Of a DNA stretch of 64,000 nt, positions 39,746 through 49,016 are shown one piece after another (within the stretch, counting starts at the first letter, position 1; every line of letters begins with the position of its first letter). The notes beneath the pieces were generated by a model that saw only the letters and a program-made list of their open reading frames with translations, was not told the origin of the DNA and did not search any database. Made by a program: the position numbers and the translations under genes. This DNA comes from Acidobacteriota bacterium. Lineage in GTDB: Bacteria > Acidobacteriota > Vicinamibacteria > Vicinamibacterales > UBA2999. The DNA is taken from contig JBKPAJ010000021.1 in the NCBI GenBank assembly GCA_046726375.1, positions 65,199 to 129,198 on the forward strand. Reading direction: 5' to 3'.

Positions 39746-40563
39746 CCGAACCGATCTACGTCTGCGGGCACACGCCGGCTGAGCTCGACCGCCTGCGCAG
39801 CCAGAGCGCCTTCTTCGAGGACATCACGCGCGCTGTGTTTGACGCGGCCGGGCTGCAGCCCGGTTCGCGTGTGCTCGACATCGGCTGTGGTGTCGGCAGT
39901 GTGTCATTCCTCGCGGCTGAGATCGTCGGTCCTGCAGGATCCGTGATCGGCGTCGATCGCGCCCCCGAAGCGATCGCGGCCGCTCGCGCACGCGCGCGGG
40001 AAGAGGGCCGGCCGAATGTCGATTTTCGCCTCGGCACGATCGACGAGATCGTCGACGATCGATTCGACGCGCTTGTTGGCCGGTTCGTGTTGATGCATCA
40101 GGCGAAACCCGCCGCGACTCTGCGCGCTGCCGCCCGGCACCTTCGGCCCGGAGGACTCGTCATCATGCTCGAATCCGCCATGAGTGCGTGCGTTGCCGGC
40201 TTTCACTCTTCCCCGCATTCGCCGACCTACGACCGCGTCGTTTGCCTCATCACCGACATCATTCGAGCCGCCGGCGCCGACGTCGCCATGGGGCTTCGTC
40301 TCGGCGAGGTGTTCGAACGCGCAGGCCTGGCGCGGCCAACCATGCGGCTGCATGCGCGAGTTGAAGGCGGGCCGGATGCGCCGATTTATCGCTACATCAC
40401 AGACAGTCTTCGCAGCGTGCTGCCGCTCGCTGAGCAGCTTGGCGTCAATGGCTGTGCGGACGTGGACATCGGACAGCTCGAGGACGCATTGAGAGCAGAA
40501 GTTGTCGCGTCTGGCGGCGTGCTCGCATCACCGCCGGTCATATCGGCGTGGAGCGGAGCGTGA
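39742..40563 (+). CDS. class I SAM-dependent methyltransferase
   Basis: The GTG start overlaps the upstream stop (GTGA). SAM motif I VLDIGCGVGSVS is present. Confidence 0.85.
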   Translation: MTEPIYVCGHTPAELDRLRSQSAFFEDITRAVFDAAGLQPGSRVLDIGCGVGSVSFLAAEIVGPAGSVIGVDRAPEAIAAARARAREEGRPNVDFRLGTIDEIVDDRFDALVGRFVLMHQAKPAATLRAAARHLRPGGLVIMLESAMSACVAGFHSSPHSPTYDRVVCLITDIIRAAGADVAMGLRLGEVFERAGLARPTMRLHARVEGGPDAPIYRYITDSLRSVLPLAEQLGVNGCADVDIGQLEDALRAEVVASGGVLASPPVISAWSGA

Positions 40564-40567
40564 AAAG

Positions 40568-40840
40568 GTGGCGATTCTGGTAGCGGCCGTCGTCGTCTTC
40601 GGCGTACCGACAATCTATTTTGCCGTTCGCAGTAGAGACTTTCGCAAATTTCTCGCAGGCGCATTCTTGGTGAGCGCGGGTGTGCAGTTCTATTTGTATC
40701 TCGCCGGTGTTTCAGTGCCGCTTCTGGGCACCGGATTGGTTCAGACGCCCGCGCTGAGCGCAGTGCGCTCCGCGCTTCACTTCATTTTCTTTTTGATCAC
40801 GTTCTATTTTGGATACATCAAAAGGTCCGACGCCCGATGA
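40568..40840 (+). CDS. small integral membrane protein
   Basis: GTG 40568 gives ~90 aa with three hydrophobic helices. I recognise no family. Confidence 0.5.
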   Translation: MAILVAAVVVFGVPTIYFAVRSRDFRKFLAGAFLVSAGVQFYLYLAGVSVPLLGTGLVQTPALSAVRSALHFIFFLITFYFGYIKRSDAR

Positions 40841-41074
40841 ACTGTGTCGTGGTTCACGGGCATAAGGCGGCAGGCCCTCCGGATTCCGGACGAGGCTCCG
40901 GCACTCCGGAGCCCGGGTCCCTCTTGCGAAAGGCGGCCTCGTGGCGCAAACGGTCCGAAGTCCTTAAATCGCAACACTTCCAGTCTCACGGAGGCCGAAT
41001 CGTCCTCAGGTACGCAGCATGCTTCATCGGTGCCTGCGCATGGTGCCGGCGGATTGCATGAGGGCTCCATCCCG

Positions 41075-41503
41075 ATGGTCACACGACTGATCGTCGCGTG
41101 CACCGTGATGGCGCTGTGTGTCACCATCCACGCCGGCGGCGTGACGTGGGCGATCAGATGGTTGCGCAACGCTCCCGTGCCGGTGCAGCGGTTCTGGCCC
41201 AGCCTGCGGCTGTTTATCGCCCTCGCCGTGTGGATCGTGCTGCTGCATCTCCTGGAGATCATTGTCTGGGCCGTGCTGTATCTCTGGAACGGTGCGATGC
41301 CCGACTTACATACGGCCATGTACTTCAGCGCCGTGACCTACACCACGACTGGCTACGGCGACGTCGTGCTGCCGGAGGGATGGCGGCTCGACGGAGGGGT
41401 CGAGGCATTAACGGGCATCTTGATGTGCGGATGGTCGGCGGGATTTTTCTTTGCGGTGGTGAATCGCCTCTATGAAGCACGACCCGGCGCAGCCCACTCG
41501 TAA
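41075..41503 (+). CDS. two-TM potassium channel (pore-only)
   Basis: ATG 41075 gives 142 aa with the selectivity filter TYTTTGYGD between two TM helices. Confidence 0.85.
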   Translation: MVTRLIVACTVMALCVTIHAGGVTWAIRWLRNAPVPVQRFWPSLRLFIALAVWIVLLHLLEIIVWAVLYLWNGAMPDLHTAMYFSAVTYTTTGYGDVVLPEGWRLDGGVEALTGILMCGWSAGFFFAVVNRLYEARPGAAHS

Positions 41504-42599
41504 CAGCGCGTTGTCCTTCAGGCCGTCAATCAACTGGTTGCTGGCCCTCGTCCCCGTGTCGGTCGCGCTCGAACAGGCGCACGTTCCTGCGCCACTGCTG
41601 TTCTTCTCGGCGGCGCTCGCGATCGTGCCGATTGCGCGTCTGATCGTGCTCTCGACCGAGCAGCTCGCGACGCGCACGGGCGATGCCGTCGGCGGCCTGC
41701 TCAACGCCACCTTCGGCAACGCGCCGGAGCTGATCATCGCGCTCGTGGCGCTCAGGGCTGGTTTCTATGACATGGTGCGTGCATCGATCATCGGCGCGAT
41801 TCTCGCCAATCTCATGCTCGCCACCGGCGTGGCGTTCTTTCTGGGCGGTCTCAGATATCACACCCAGGAGTACAACGCTGGCGCGGCGCGGCTCTACAGC
41901 TCAATGATGTTGATCTCGGCGGTGAGCCTCGGTGTCCCGAGCGCGTTCAACCGCTTCTTCTCGCCGGAAGCGACCATTCGCGAGGAGAAGCTCGTGAACC
42001 TCGGAACCGCGGTGGTGCTACTTGCCGCCTACGGCTTGTACCTCGTGTTCCTGCTGAAGACGCACCCCGAGTACTTCGAGAGCGTCACGATGACGGAAGC
42101 GGAGCACGGGCCCGAGGGTCCGCAGTGGAGTCTCGGACGGGCCATCGGCAGTTTGGTCGGAGTCTCACTTCTGGCGGCGTGGATGAGCGAAATCCTCGTC
42201 GGCGCCGCTGAGGGCACAGGCAAGGCGCTCGGCATGTCGGAAGTCTTCATCGGGATCGTCTTTCTCGCGATCATCGGCGGTGCGGCCGAGAGCGGGTCGG
42301 CGATCGCGATGGCGCGCAAGAACAAGCTCGATCTCACCGTGGGCATCGCGATGGGCAGCAGTATCCAAATCGCGTTGTTCGTCGCGCCGGTGCTGGCGCT
42401 CGCGAGCGGCCTGATCGCGCCGCAGCCACTCGAACTTTCCTTCAGCCGCGCGGAGCTCGGGACGTTGTTTCTCGGCGTGCTGGTTGCCGCCATCGTCGCC
42501 GGCGATGGCCGCTCGAATTGGTACAAGGGTGTTCAGCTCATGCTCGTATACGTGATGATCGCCCTTCTGTTCTACTTCCTGCCCGCGGGCACAGGGTGA
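41472..42599 (+). CDS. Ca2+/H+ antiporter (CaCA/CAX family)
   Basis: 375 aa with alpha-repeat motifs GLLNATFGNAPELIIA and IIGGAAESGSAIAMA, and ~11 TM segments. Confidence 0.9.
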   Translation: MKHDPAQPTRNSALSFRPSINWLLALVPVSVALEQAHVPAPLLFFSAALAIVPIARLIVLSTEQLATRTGDAVGGLLNATFGNAPELIIALVALRAGFYDMVRASIIGAILANLMLATGVAFFLGGLRYHTQEYNAGAARLYSSMMLISAVSLGVPSAFNRFFSPEATIREEKLVNLGTAVVLLAAYGLYLVFLLKTHPEYFESVTMTEAEHGPEGPQWSLGRAIGSLVGVSLLAAWMSEILVGAAEGTGKALGMSEVFIGIVFLAIIGGAAESGSAIAMARKNKLDLTVGIAMGSSIQIALFVAPVLALASGLIAPQPLELSFSRAELGTLFLGVLVAAIVAGDGRSNWYKGVQLMLVYVMIALLFYFLPAGTG

Positions 42600-42639
42600 C
42601 CGGCGAACCCGAATACTCAACATGAGGCGAGCGGATTCC

Positions 42640-43129
42640 ATGAGCACTTGGCGGCGGACCGGCCTGGAACAACTCATGCGCGACGTCGGCTACGGACTGC
42701 GCCAGATCCGCCGCAAATCCAGGGTTCTCGGCCATCGCCATCCTTACGTTCGCGCTCGGCATCGGCGCCAACACCGCGATGTTCAGTGTTGTGGATGCCG
42801 TGCTGATTCGTCGGCTGCCCTATGTCGACGCGGACCGTCTCGTCATGATTTGGGACAAGATGAGTTACATCGACTTCCCGAAACACTATTCAACGCCCGC
42901 CGAGTGGTACGACTGGCGGCGCAGCAACACGGTGTTCATGGATATCGCGGCAACTCAACCTGGAGACGCAACCCTCTCGGGCGACGGCGAGCCGGAACAA
43001 GTGCCGGCCCGCAAGGTCACCGCGAATTTCTGGACTCTCCTTGGCGCCCAGTCGCTCGTCGGACGCGTGTTCACCGACTACGAAGATGCGCGAGCCGCGC
43101 GGGTGGCCGTGATCAGCTATGGCCTGTAG
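42640..43129 (+). pseudogene. ADOP/MacB-like ABC permease: frameshifted N-terminal fragment, truncated after ~160 codons
   Basis: Frame 1 reads MSTWRRTGLEQLMRDVGYGLRQIRRKS. Frame 2 continues PGFSAIAILTFALGIGANTAMFSVVDAVLIRRLPY…RVAVISYGL*. The switch is at AAATCCAGGG (42715-24). Full-length family members are about 800 aa. Confidence 0.8.
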
Positions 43130-43691
43130 CGCAAGCATCGGCTTACCTCACACTGCATCAGCGTGCACATAACGACACCCACGACACCATTTGCCGGCGA
43201 ACTGCTGTGAAGAATGCGGCGCACAGCCCAGCTAAGATCATTGACGCCTCGCGGCCGCACCTCTCGATGATCGACGCAGCTGCTAATCGTTCGGAGCTCT
43301 GAATTATTGAGGTCGTAATCGCCGGCTGCATGGCGGTCGCACGCCTTCGCAAGGTTCTCACCCGGCGAAAAGCGCGCTACTGCGCCACCGCCACCGAACT
43401 CGGTCCAGACCGAGTGGCCGAGAAATGATTCGCCCTAGTCGTGTTAACGGGCACACGCGCGTCAGGAATGCAAAGCGCGACGCCGCAAAGAAAATTTGCA
43501 AATAGCTCTTGACATGTTTCGCGCGTGCCACCGCCAAAGATCACCGCTGGTATGTAGATCGGCCGTCGTGGCGACGACGATGGCGCGGGAGTGATTTTCT
43601 TGCTGCGGCCACGTCAAACGCTTTCTACAACCACGAACGCACGCCTGCGCGGCGCTCGGGGTTGCAAAATCTGCCGTGCTATAGCGGGAGT

Positions 43692-44693
43692 ATGACGACC
43701 ATCGCTCCCTCCTTCGTCGATGTATGCGATCGCGATATCGTGGTCCACGTCAAGGACGCCGCCGCGCACGAGCGCGGCGCCACGGGAAGGCTGATCGCGC
43801 TGCTGGCGGAGTTCGATGCACGACGACTGCATCTCGCCGAAGGATGTTCTTCCCTGTTCATCTATTGCACGCAAGTGCTACACCTGTCAGAACACGCCGC
43901 GTACGGCCGGATCGAAGCCGCGCGCGCCGCACGCCGTCTGCCGGTCGTCCTGGAGCGGCTTGCCGACGGATCGGTGAACCTCACCACGGTGTGTTTGCTG
44001 GCGCCGCATCTGACGCCACAGAACGCGGCGGAAGTGTTGGACAGAGCGCGGCACAAGAGCAAGCGCTACGTTGAACATCTCGTCGCGGAGTTGCGCCCGC
44101 TTCCCGATGTGGCCGCGGCCGTGCGCAAGTTGCCGGAGGCCAAAGCAGTCGCGCCCTCATCCGCGACCGACCCGGTGAGCCCGGCCGGTGCGCGCGCGCC
44201 CACTCCGACTGTCGCGCCAACGCCTCCAAGTCATCGGCCCGTCGTCGCGCCGCTCGCGCCAGAGCGCTACAAGATTCAAATGACCGTGGACCGGGAGACT
44301 TACGAACGGCTACGGCGCGCCCAGGACTTGCTCCGTCATGTGATTCCGACGGGCGGTCCCGCCGCCATCGTCGGGCGCGCACTCACACTCCTGGTCGAAC
44401 GTCTCGAGCGGACCAGGTGTGCGACGACCGATCGACCTCACGGGGCGAGTCCACCTGTCTCCTCGTCGCGGACCATTCCTGCCGCGGTCAGACGGCGCGT
44501 GCTGCAGCGTGACGGCAATCGTTGCGCCTTTGTCGGCACAGAAGGCCGATGCACCGACACGGGATTTCTCGAGTTCCATCACGTGCTACCGTTCGCGGAC
44601 GGCGGCGCGGGGACGGTCGACAATATCGAGCTGCGCTGCCGCAGTCATGACGCACACGAGGCGGAGCGGTGGTTTGGGTTGGCTGGACCGTGA
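43692..44693 (+). CDS. HNH endonuclease with DUF222-like N-terminal domain
   Basis: ATG 43692 gives 333 aa. The N-terminal part is …RLIALLAEFDARRLHLAEGCSSLFIYCTQVLHLSEHAAYGRIEAARAARRLP…. The C-terminal HNH motif is RCAFVG…CTDTGFLEFHHVLPFADGGAGTVDNIELRCRSHD. Confidence 0.85.
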   Translation: MTTIAPSFVDVCDRDIVVHVKDAAAHERGATGRLIALLAEFDARRLHLAEGCSSLFIYCTQVLHLSEHAAYGRIEAARAARRLPVVLERLADGSVNLTTVCLLAPHLTPQNAAEVLDRARHKSKRYVEHLVAELRPLPDVAAAVRKLPEAKAVAPSSATDPVSPAGARAPTPTVAPTPPSHRPVVAPLAPERYKIQMTVDRETYERLRRAQDLLRHVIPTGGPAAIVGRALTLLVERLERTRCATTDRPHGASPPVSSSRTIPAAVRRRVLQRDGNRCAFVGTEGRCTDTGFLEFHHVLPFADGGAGTVDNIELRCRSHDAHEAERWFGLAGP

Positions 44694-45211
44694 GTGGCAC
44701 TGGGCAACGACCATGTTTTCGCCCAGGCGTCAACTTTCCAGAAAGCGTTCGACGAAAACTCCCCGCGCTTCAAAGGCGGCTAAAGCGAGCGCTTCAGCCG
44801 ACCGCGTCGCAATGCGATTCGGTTACGTGGCGAGCGGCTTCAGTTCACACGGCATCAGCCCTGCAGATGAAAGGGGTCTGACCCTTTTTCCCGTGAGCGC
44901 TCCGAAAAAAGGGAGGACCTGAGAAAAGCGTGCGCCGTCATCTTCGTCCTGACAGTTTGCGCTTCGTGCGATACGCCGGTTTCCGTTCGCGTGCGCCTTG
45001 CAACATGGACTCACGGCGCCCGGAGCGTAATCGCACGCCGCGGTTTGGCTTACCCGCCGGAACGTCTCGTGTGGTCGGGCCGCACACCGAAGCGACCATG
45101 GCCGGAACGCATTTTTTCGGCGTGGGCACGCCACTTTGTCGCGGCGAATGCTCGACCTCGATTGCACCGCGCAGCGTATGTCATGCGCCGCGAGGTTGCG
45201 GCAACGATCTC

Positions 45212-45921
45212 TTATTTCGGCGCCGTCGCAGAGCTAGACCCTTGGCCTCGCCGAGCGGTCCAGCTCGTTCGCACTCCCATCTCGTTCGAGAACTGGCCCG
45301 TGATCTCGTCGGCCTCGATTCGTCCTTCGTATTCGGCGTAGCAGTCATTGACCTCGATGAGCACGACTGCGCCATTCTGTCTCCAGAGGGCGTCGGTGTT
45401 GCCGCCGATGCCCTAGGTAAATCAGACGGTTTCGCTTGAGGAACTCAAAAGTGCTGTCCTGCCGCCCCGGCGCATCTCGTGGGCCGATCCAGCCTTCCCG
45501 AATCGTTCCAGCAAGAGTCGGAATTGCCGGCGATGAGGCCGCGGGAGTCTGGATGGCGGCAGTCCAATTCGAGCTGCCCGCACAGCCTTTCCGATCGACC
45601 CAGATGTTCACACTCTGTGCCTGCGCCTCGTGGCGGCGATAGACGTATTCGACCTCGACACGATGACCGGCTTGAGCAATTCGGGCCCGGCCGGGCTCGT
45701 ATTGTGCGCCAGCCAGGTCCGCGAAAGTCGAACCGCGTCTCGGGAAGAAGACGACAGGATTCGGCGGGTGATACGTCCGGCCGCACGCGGACGTGCCCGG
45801 GAGTGGTCGAGAGCACTTCGCAGTGTTCGGTAATGTTGCGCGGCGTGTTGCCGCTGATCTTCTCGATCAAGAACAGAATCATACTGAGGATAAACGCCAC
45901 GACCACGACCAGCGCGCACAC
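45212..45921 (-). pseudogene. decayed gene readable only by joining three reading frames
   Basis: Minus-strand segments: a TM start VCALVVVVAFILSMILFLIEKISGN (from 45921); then, in another frame, TYHPPNPVVFFPRRGSTFADLAGAQYEPGRARIAQAGHRVEVEYVYRRHEAQAQSVNIWVDRKG…FEFLKRNRLIYL; then, in a third frame, GIGGNTDALWRQNGAVVLIEVNDCYAEYEGRIEADEITGQFSNEMGV…*. Each segment has GC-rich third positions. I recognise no family. Confidence 0.35.
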
Positions 45922-45951
45922 GACGATGCTCGCGACTCCTTGTCGATCGGC

Positions 45952-46511
45952 CTAGAAACTGAGCGAGACCTGTAGCCCTCTCGCATCACGACCGATGACC
46001 GGCGCTGCGTGCAGGCGTGTCGATCCCGGCCGGGCCTCGTAGATCGTCTCTCGTCCGCGGATCAGCGCGTCGATTCCGATACCGATGCCGGCGCCCATCG
46101 CGCCGGTTGTGAGCATCGACCCGACGTTGCCTCGACAAACCTCCCAGGGTTTCGCCAGTCGGCACAGGAACAGCCCCGACGCGACCCCCGTACCCGCGCC
46201 AATCGAGGCGCCGTTGAGCACCGAATCGGAATGACGCACGCTGACCTGCCTGATGTCATCGATGCGGAAACGTCTAGTGTGCTCGCCCACGATGGCGGTG
46301 ACGATGTCCCCCGAGACGCTGGATATTCGCGTCTTTTCCTCTCGTCCACGGGAATCGGTTATCCACGCTGTCACGCCTGGAACCAGTATGGTTTCCAGGG
46401 TCGGTTCAGCTGCCTGAGCGTTTGTGCCAAAACCGCAGAACCCGTTGAGGCAAGAAACAGGATGAGGAGAGTGACACTCCTCAGCCGAATGAATGGTCGG
46501 TTCGCACGCAT
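45952..46511 (-). pseudogene. exported Gly-zipper protein with signal peptide and mature part in different frames
   Basis: The track ORF 45952..46374 (…ASIGAGTGVASGLF…GAMGAGIGIGIDAL…) lacks a signal peptide. The signal peptide MRANRPFIRLRSVTLLILFLASTGSAVLAQ starts at ATG 46511 in another frame and stops at 46371. The frames can be joined by one base at the TTTT/AAA runs near 46410-46425. Confidence 0.5.
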
Positions 46512-46834
46512 GGCCACAAGTCCCCTTAGCGCGTAATGGGCCAAGCAGCCGGAATACGGCTCACGATGGTTGCAGGGCAGGCACGGAGGTGCAGCCCCGC
46601 TTAACCGAATCTTCCTCGACTGTCACCGCCCGGTCATGACTACTCCCGTCGTGATCGATAACCTCTGCAACCGCCACGAGTGAAGTATTACCAAGCGTTC
46701 TTCTTCTGCATCAACGTCATTCGCGGATTTCCGCTGCCGTTGATCGCGGACGAGGACATCGCACCGATAGTGGCGTAGATGAAAAGCGCCTTCTGAACGC
46801 GCGAATGGGCAACCGCGGTTGGGAACTACGGGAT

Positions 46835-47437
46835 TCATCGCTCCCGAGTCGAGTCCGTGATCACCAGCTGGTTCTCCACGCCGAAGGTGCCAGGCACCTC
46901 ACGCGCCCGAACGCCGGCGATGGTCCTGTCGAATTCCGAGTCCACCATACCGAGCAGCAATGTTCGTCCACCCTTGACGATGATGTGGATCGGATAGTCG
47001 CCGAATGGCTGCGTACCCGGATAACGGAACGTGTTGAAACGCCGGTCGAACGCCGACAGTCCGCCGCCCGGTGCGTAACGCGAAAGCACACTGTCTCCAT
47101 AAATCCGGCGGAACGTAACCCATCGGATGCGATCGTCATTCTGCGAAACGGGCAGCTCCTCGATCGTGTCGATGACGTCATCTACGCGCGGCACGCGCTT
47201 GACTGCGCTCACCACCTGTTGTCGCAGCGATAGCTGATACACAAAACCGGAAAGCGTCACCCTTCCCTTGTCGTACTGGAACGACAGGAAGTCGAAAACT
47301 CCGTAGTAAGGCAGCCGCCGAACCGCGGCCCGGATATCTTCGAGGGTCCGCTCATCGCTTGCTGACGTCTGCGCAGCGAGAGGGATGTTGAGAATAATCA
47401 CACTTGCGAGAAGGGCTACAAAGCCACGTCGCTGCAT
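46835..47437 (-). CDS. BON-domain protein (OsmY-like), exported
   Basis: ATG 47437 has GGAG upstream and gives signal MQRRGFVALLASVIILNIPLAAQ. Two BON-like modules are present (…RVTLSGFVYQLSLRQQVVSAVKRVPRVDDV…, …TLLLGMVDSEFDRTIAGVRAREVPG…). Confidence 0.8.
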   Translation of the reverse strand: MQRRGFVALLASVIILNIPLAAQTSASDERTLEDIRAAVRRLPYYGVFDFLSFQYDKGRVTLSGFVYQLSLRQQVVSAVKRVPRVDDVIDTIEELPVSQNDDRIRWVTFRRIYGDSVLSRYAPGGGLSAFDRRFNTFRYPGTQPFGDYPIHIIVKGGRTLLLGMVDSEFDRTIAGVRAREVPGTFGVENQLVITDSTRER

Positions 47438-47842
47438 TGTTGGTCTCCAGTACCTTTGATGCACGGAAAGCGGACCCGGATTCAGGTTGCGGCTGGGCCG
47501 CCCGCGAATTGTCCTGGTCCGCTACTTCGTTTGACGGCGGCAGCGAACGCGTTGTTCAAGGCCCGACACGTAGTGAGGCTGATTGCGATGTGCGGGTCAC
47601 GAATGGCTCGATGCCGCCGCGGAGCTGAGACCGGGTGCTAACTTCGAGCGACGAAGGCGATCGTGAGGCCGATGATGACCGAGGACACCAGCTCCATCGC
47701 GAGCTGCTTCAACACCAGCATTGCGGGCCATGGCTGCTGCGCGTACGAGAGCAGCCACACCGGAAGCTGTCCCAAGCACCGGTGGTCATAGGAGCGCTCA
47801 GGCGACCATCGAACCGGGTACTATCACCACCAAACGCGCGGC

Positions 47843-48868
47843 TCACCACGTGAACCTGAAAATGCTCGCTGTGGACCGGCGCGGATCCGGCTGCTGTGAA
47901 TTGATGTCTTTGTAACTTTGGGGCACGCTCGCCCAATCCGTGTAGATGTTGCCCCCGATGTAGAACCCGGGCTTGGTTGTTGTCGTGGACGCAGGCTGCG
48001 GAGTTGAGAAGAGCGTGTAGATGCGTTGCGGTTCTGTCGGACCGAGCCGATCGCTCAGCGGCACGTATTCAGCGATGCCATCGGCGTTGACGTCTGCGCG
48101 AATCCAGTCCACGTGCAGTAGCCGGTGATAGGTTCGATCCGAGATCATGCCGCGGAGTTGCGCGTTGAAGCCGTCGATGATCGATTGCGCATCCGCGCGC
48201 GCTCGAGTGACGGCGAGATACAGCTCCCGCGTAACGAGCGGCGTCGAACCAATCTGCAGCCGCGTTCCCGATTCCTTTGGATAGTTGTTGACGATGTAGT
48301 GGACGACGAGTTCGTCTATGAGCGTGTAGTCCACGGCGCCTTTGAGGAGTTGCGCGAGGCTGTCTTCCTCGCTGTGCGAGCGCACAAACACCGGTCCTCC
48401 GCGGTCAATCTCGTCGCCGTACGAGTAGCCCTCCACGATCGCCACTCGTTTGCCCTTGAGATCGGCCAACGCCTTTGCCGAGACGTCCGCCCCGCGGCGT
48501 CCTATGAGCACGAGGCGGTTCTCCAGGTAAGGCTGCGAAAAAACTAACAGGCGTTCCCGTTCAGCATCTTTCCACACGGCGGCGCTGCCATCGAACTGAC
48601 CGGAGAGCAACAAAGGGGTGAATTGCGCAGCGCTGACGATCGTCGTCTTCGCGCTAACGCCGACGCGGTCAAGGGCGGCCTCGACCAGATCGAGCGCAAA
48701 CCGGGGCTGTCCGGGAGCGTTCGTGAACGGCGGCCATGCCGTCGAGACGAGCGTTAGAGGCGCTGTCTGTCCTGCGTTAAGCACCGAAATGAACCACGCC
48801 GACAGTGCGAGGATCGTTGCGATTGTCCAGCTGGCGCGGCGACGACGCAGATTGAGGGAAGAACGCAT
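47843..48868 (-). CDS. periplasmic solute-binding protein (family 3) with ~90-aa C-terminal extension
   Basis: 341 aa with a signal peptide and an SBP_bac_3-like pattern (…STAWPPFT…LDLVEAAL…GKRVAIVEGYSYG…). Confidence 0.78.
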   Translation of the reverse strand: MRSSLNLRRRRASWTIATILALSAWFISVLNAGQTAPLTLVSTAWPPFTNAPGQPRFALDLVEAALDRVGVSAKTTIVSAAQFTPLLLSGQFDGSAAVWKDAERERLLVFSQPYLENRLVLIGRRGADVSAKALADLKGKRVAIVEGYSYGDEIDRGGPVFVRSHSEEDSLAQLLKGAVDYTLIDELVVHYIVNNYPKESGTRLQIGSTPLVTRELYLAVTRARADAQSIIDGFNAQLRGMISDRTYHRLLHVDWIRADVNADGIAEYVPLSDRLGPTEPQRIYTLFSTPQPASTTTTKPGFYIGGNIYTDWASVPQSYKDINSQQPDPRRSTASIFRFTW

Positions 48869-49016
48869 GGCACCCTCCGGTTAAAGAGTATCCGAATCGC
48901 CGACTGGTGAACGAATGGCTTCACGCTATTCACCACCGATGGCGGCGATGTTGTTGACGTCGTCCTGGAGAAGGCAGACAGTCTGATCGATCCAATCGTT
49001 TCCAGAGAGAGCAGTC

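Noticed and set aside
15847-41074. Longer N-terminal extensions offered by the track for several genes (15847 for the porin, 20081 for glsA, 21117 for the DUF481 OMP, 29780 for the second EBP, 39568 for the methyltransferase, 40844 for the K+ channel).
   Set aside because: The extensions overlap the preceding gene or are Arg/Pro-rich. In each case an internal start is followed immediately by a signal peptide or a conserved N-terminus, and several of these starts have a visible RBS.
44870-44889. Small hairpin AAAGGG-N6-CCCTTT followed by TT, a possible terminator about 180 nt after the HNH gene.
   Set aside because: The stem is only 6 bp with three A-T pairs and the T-tract is short. That is too weak to annotate.
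47637-47759. Short hydrophobic minus-strand ORF (…LPVWLLSYAQQPWPAMLVLKQLAMELVSSVIIGLTIAFVARS*) between the SBP and BON genes.
   Set aside because: It has only 27-40 codons depending on the start, no RBS and no recognisable family, so the evidence is insufficient to call a gene.
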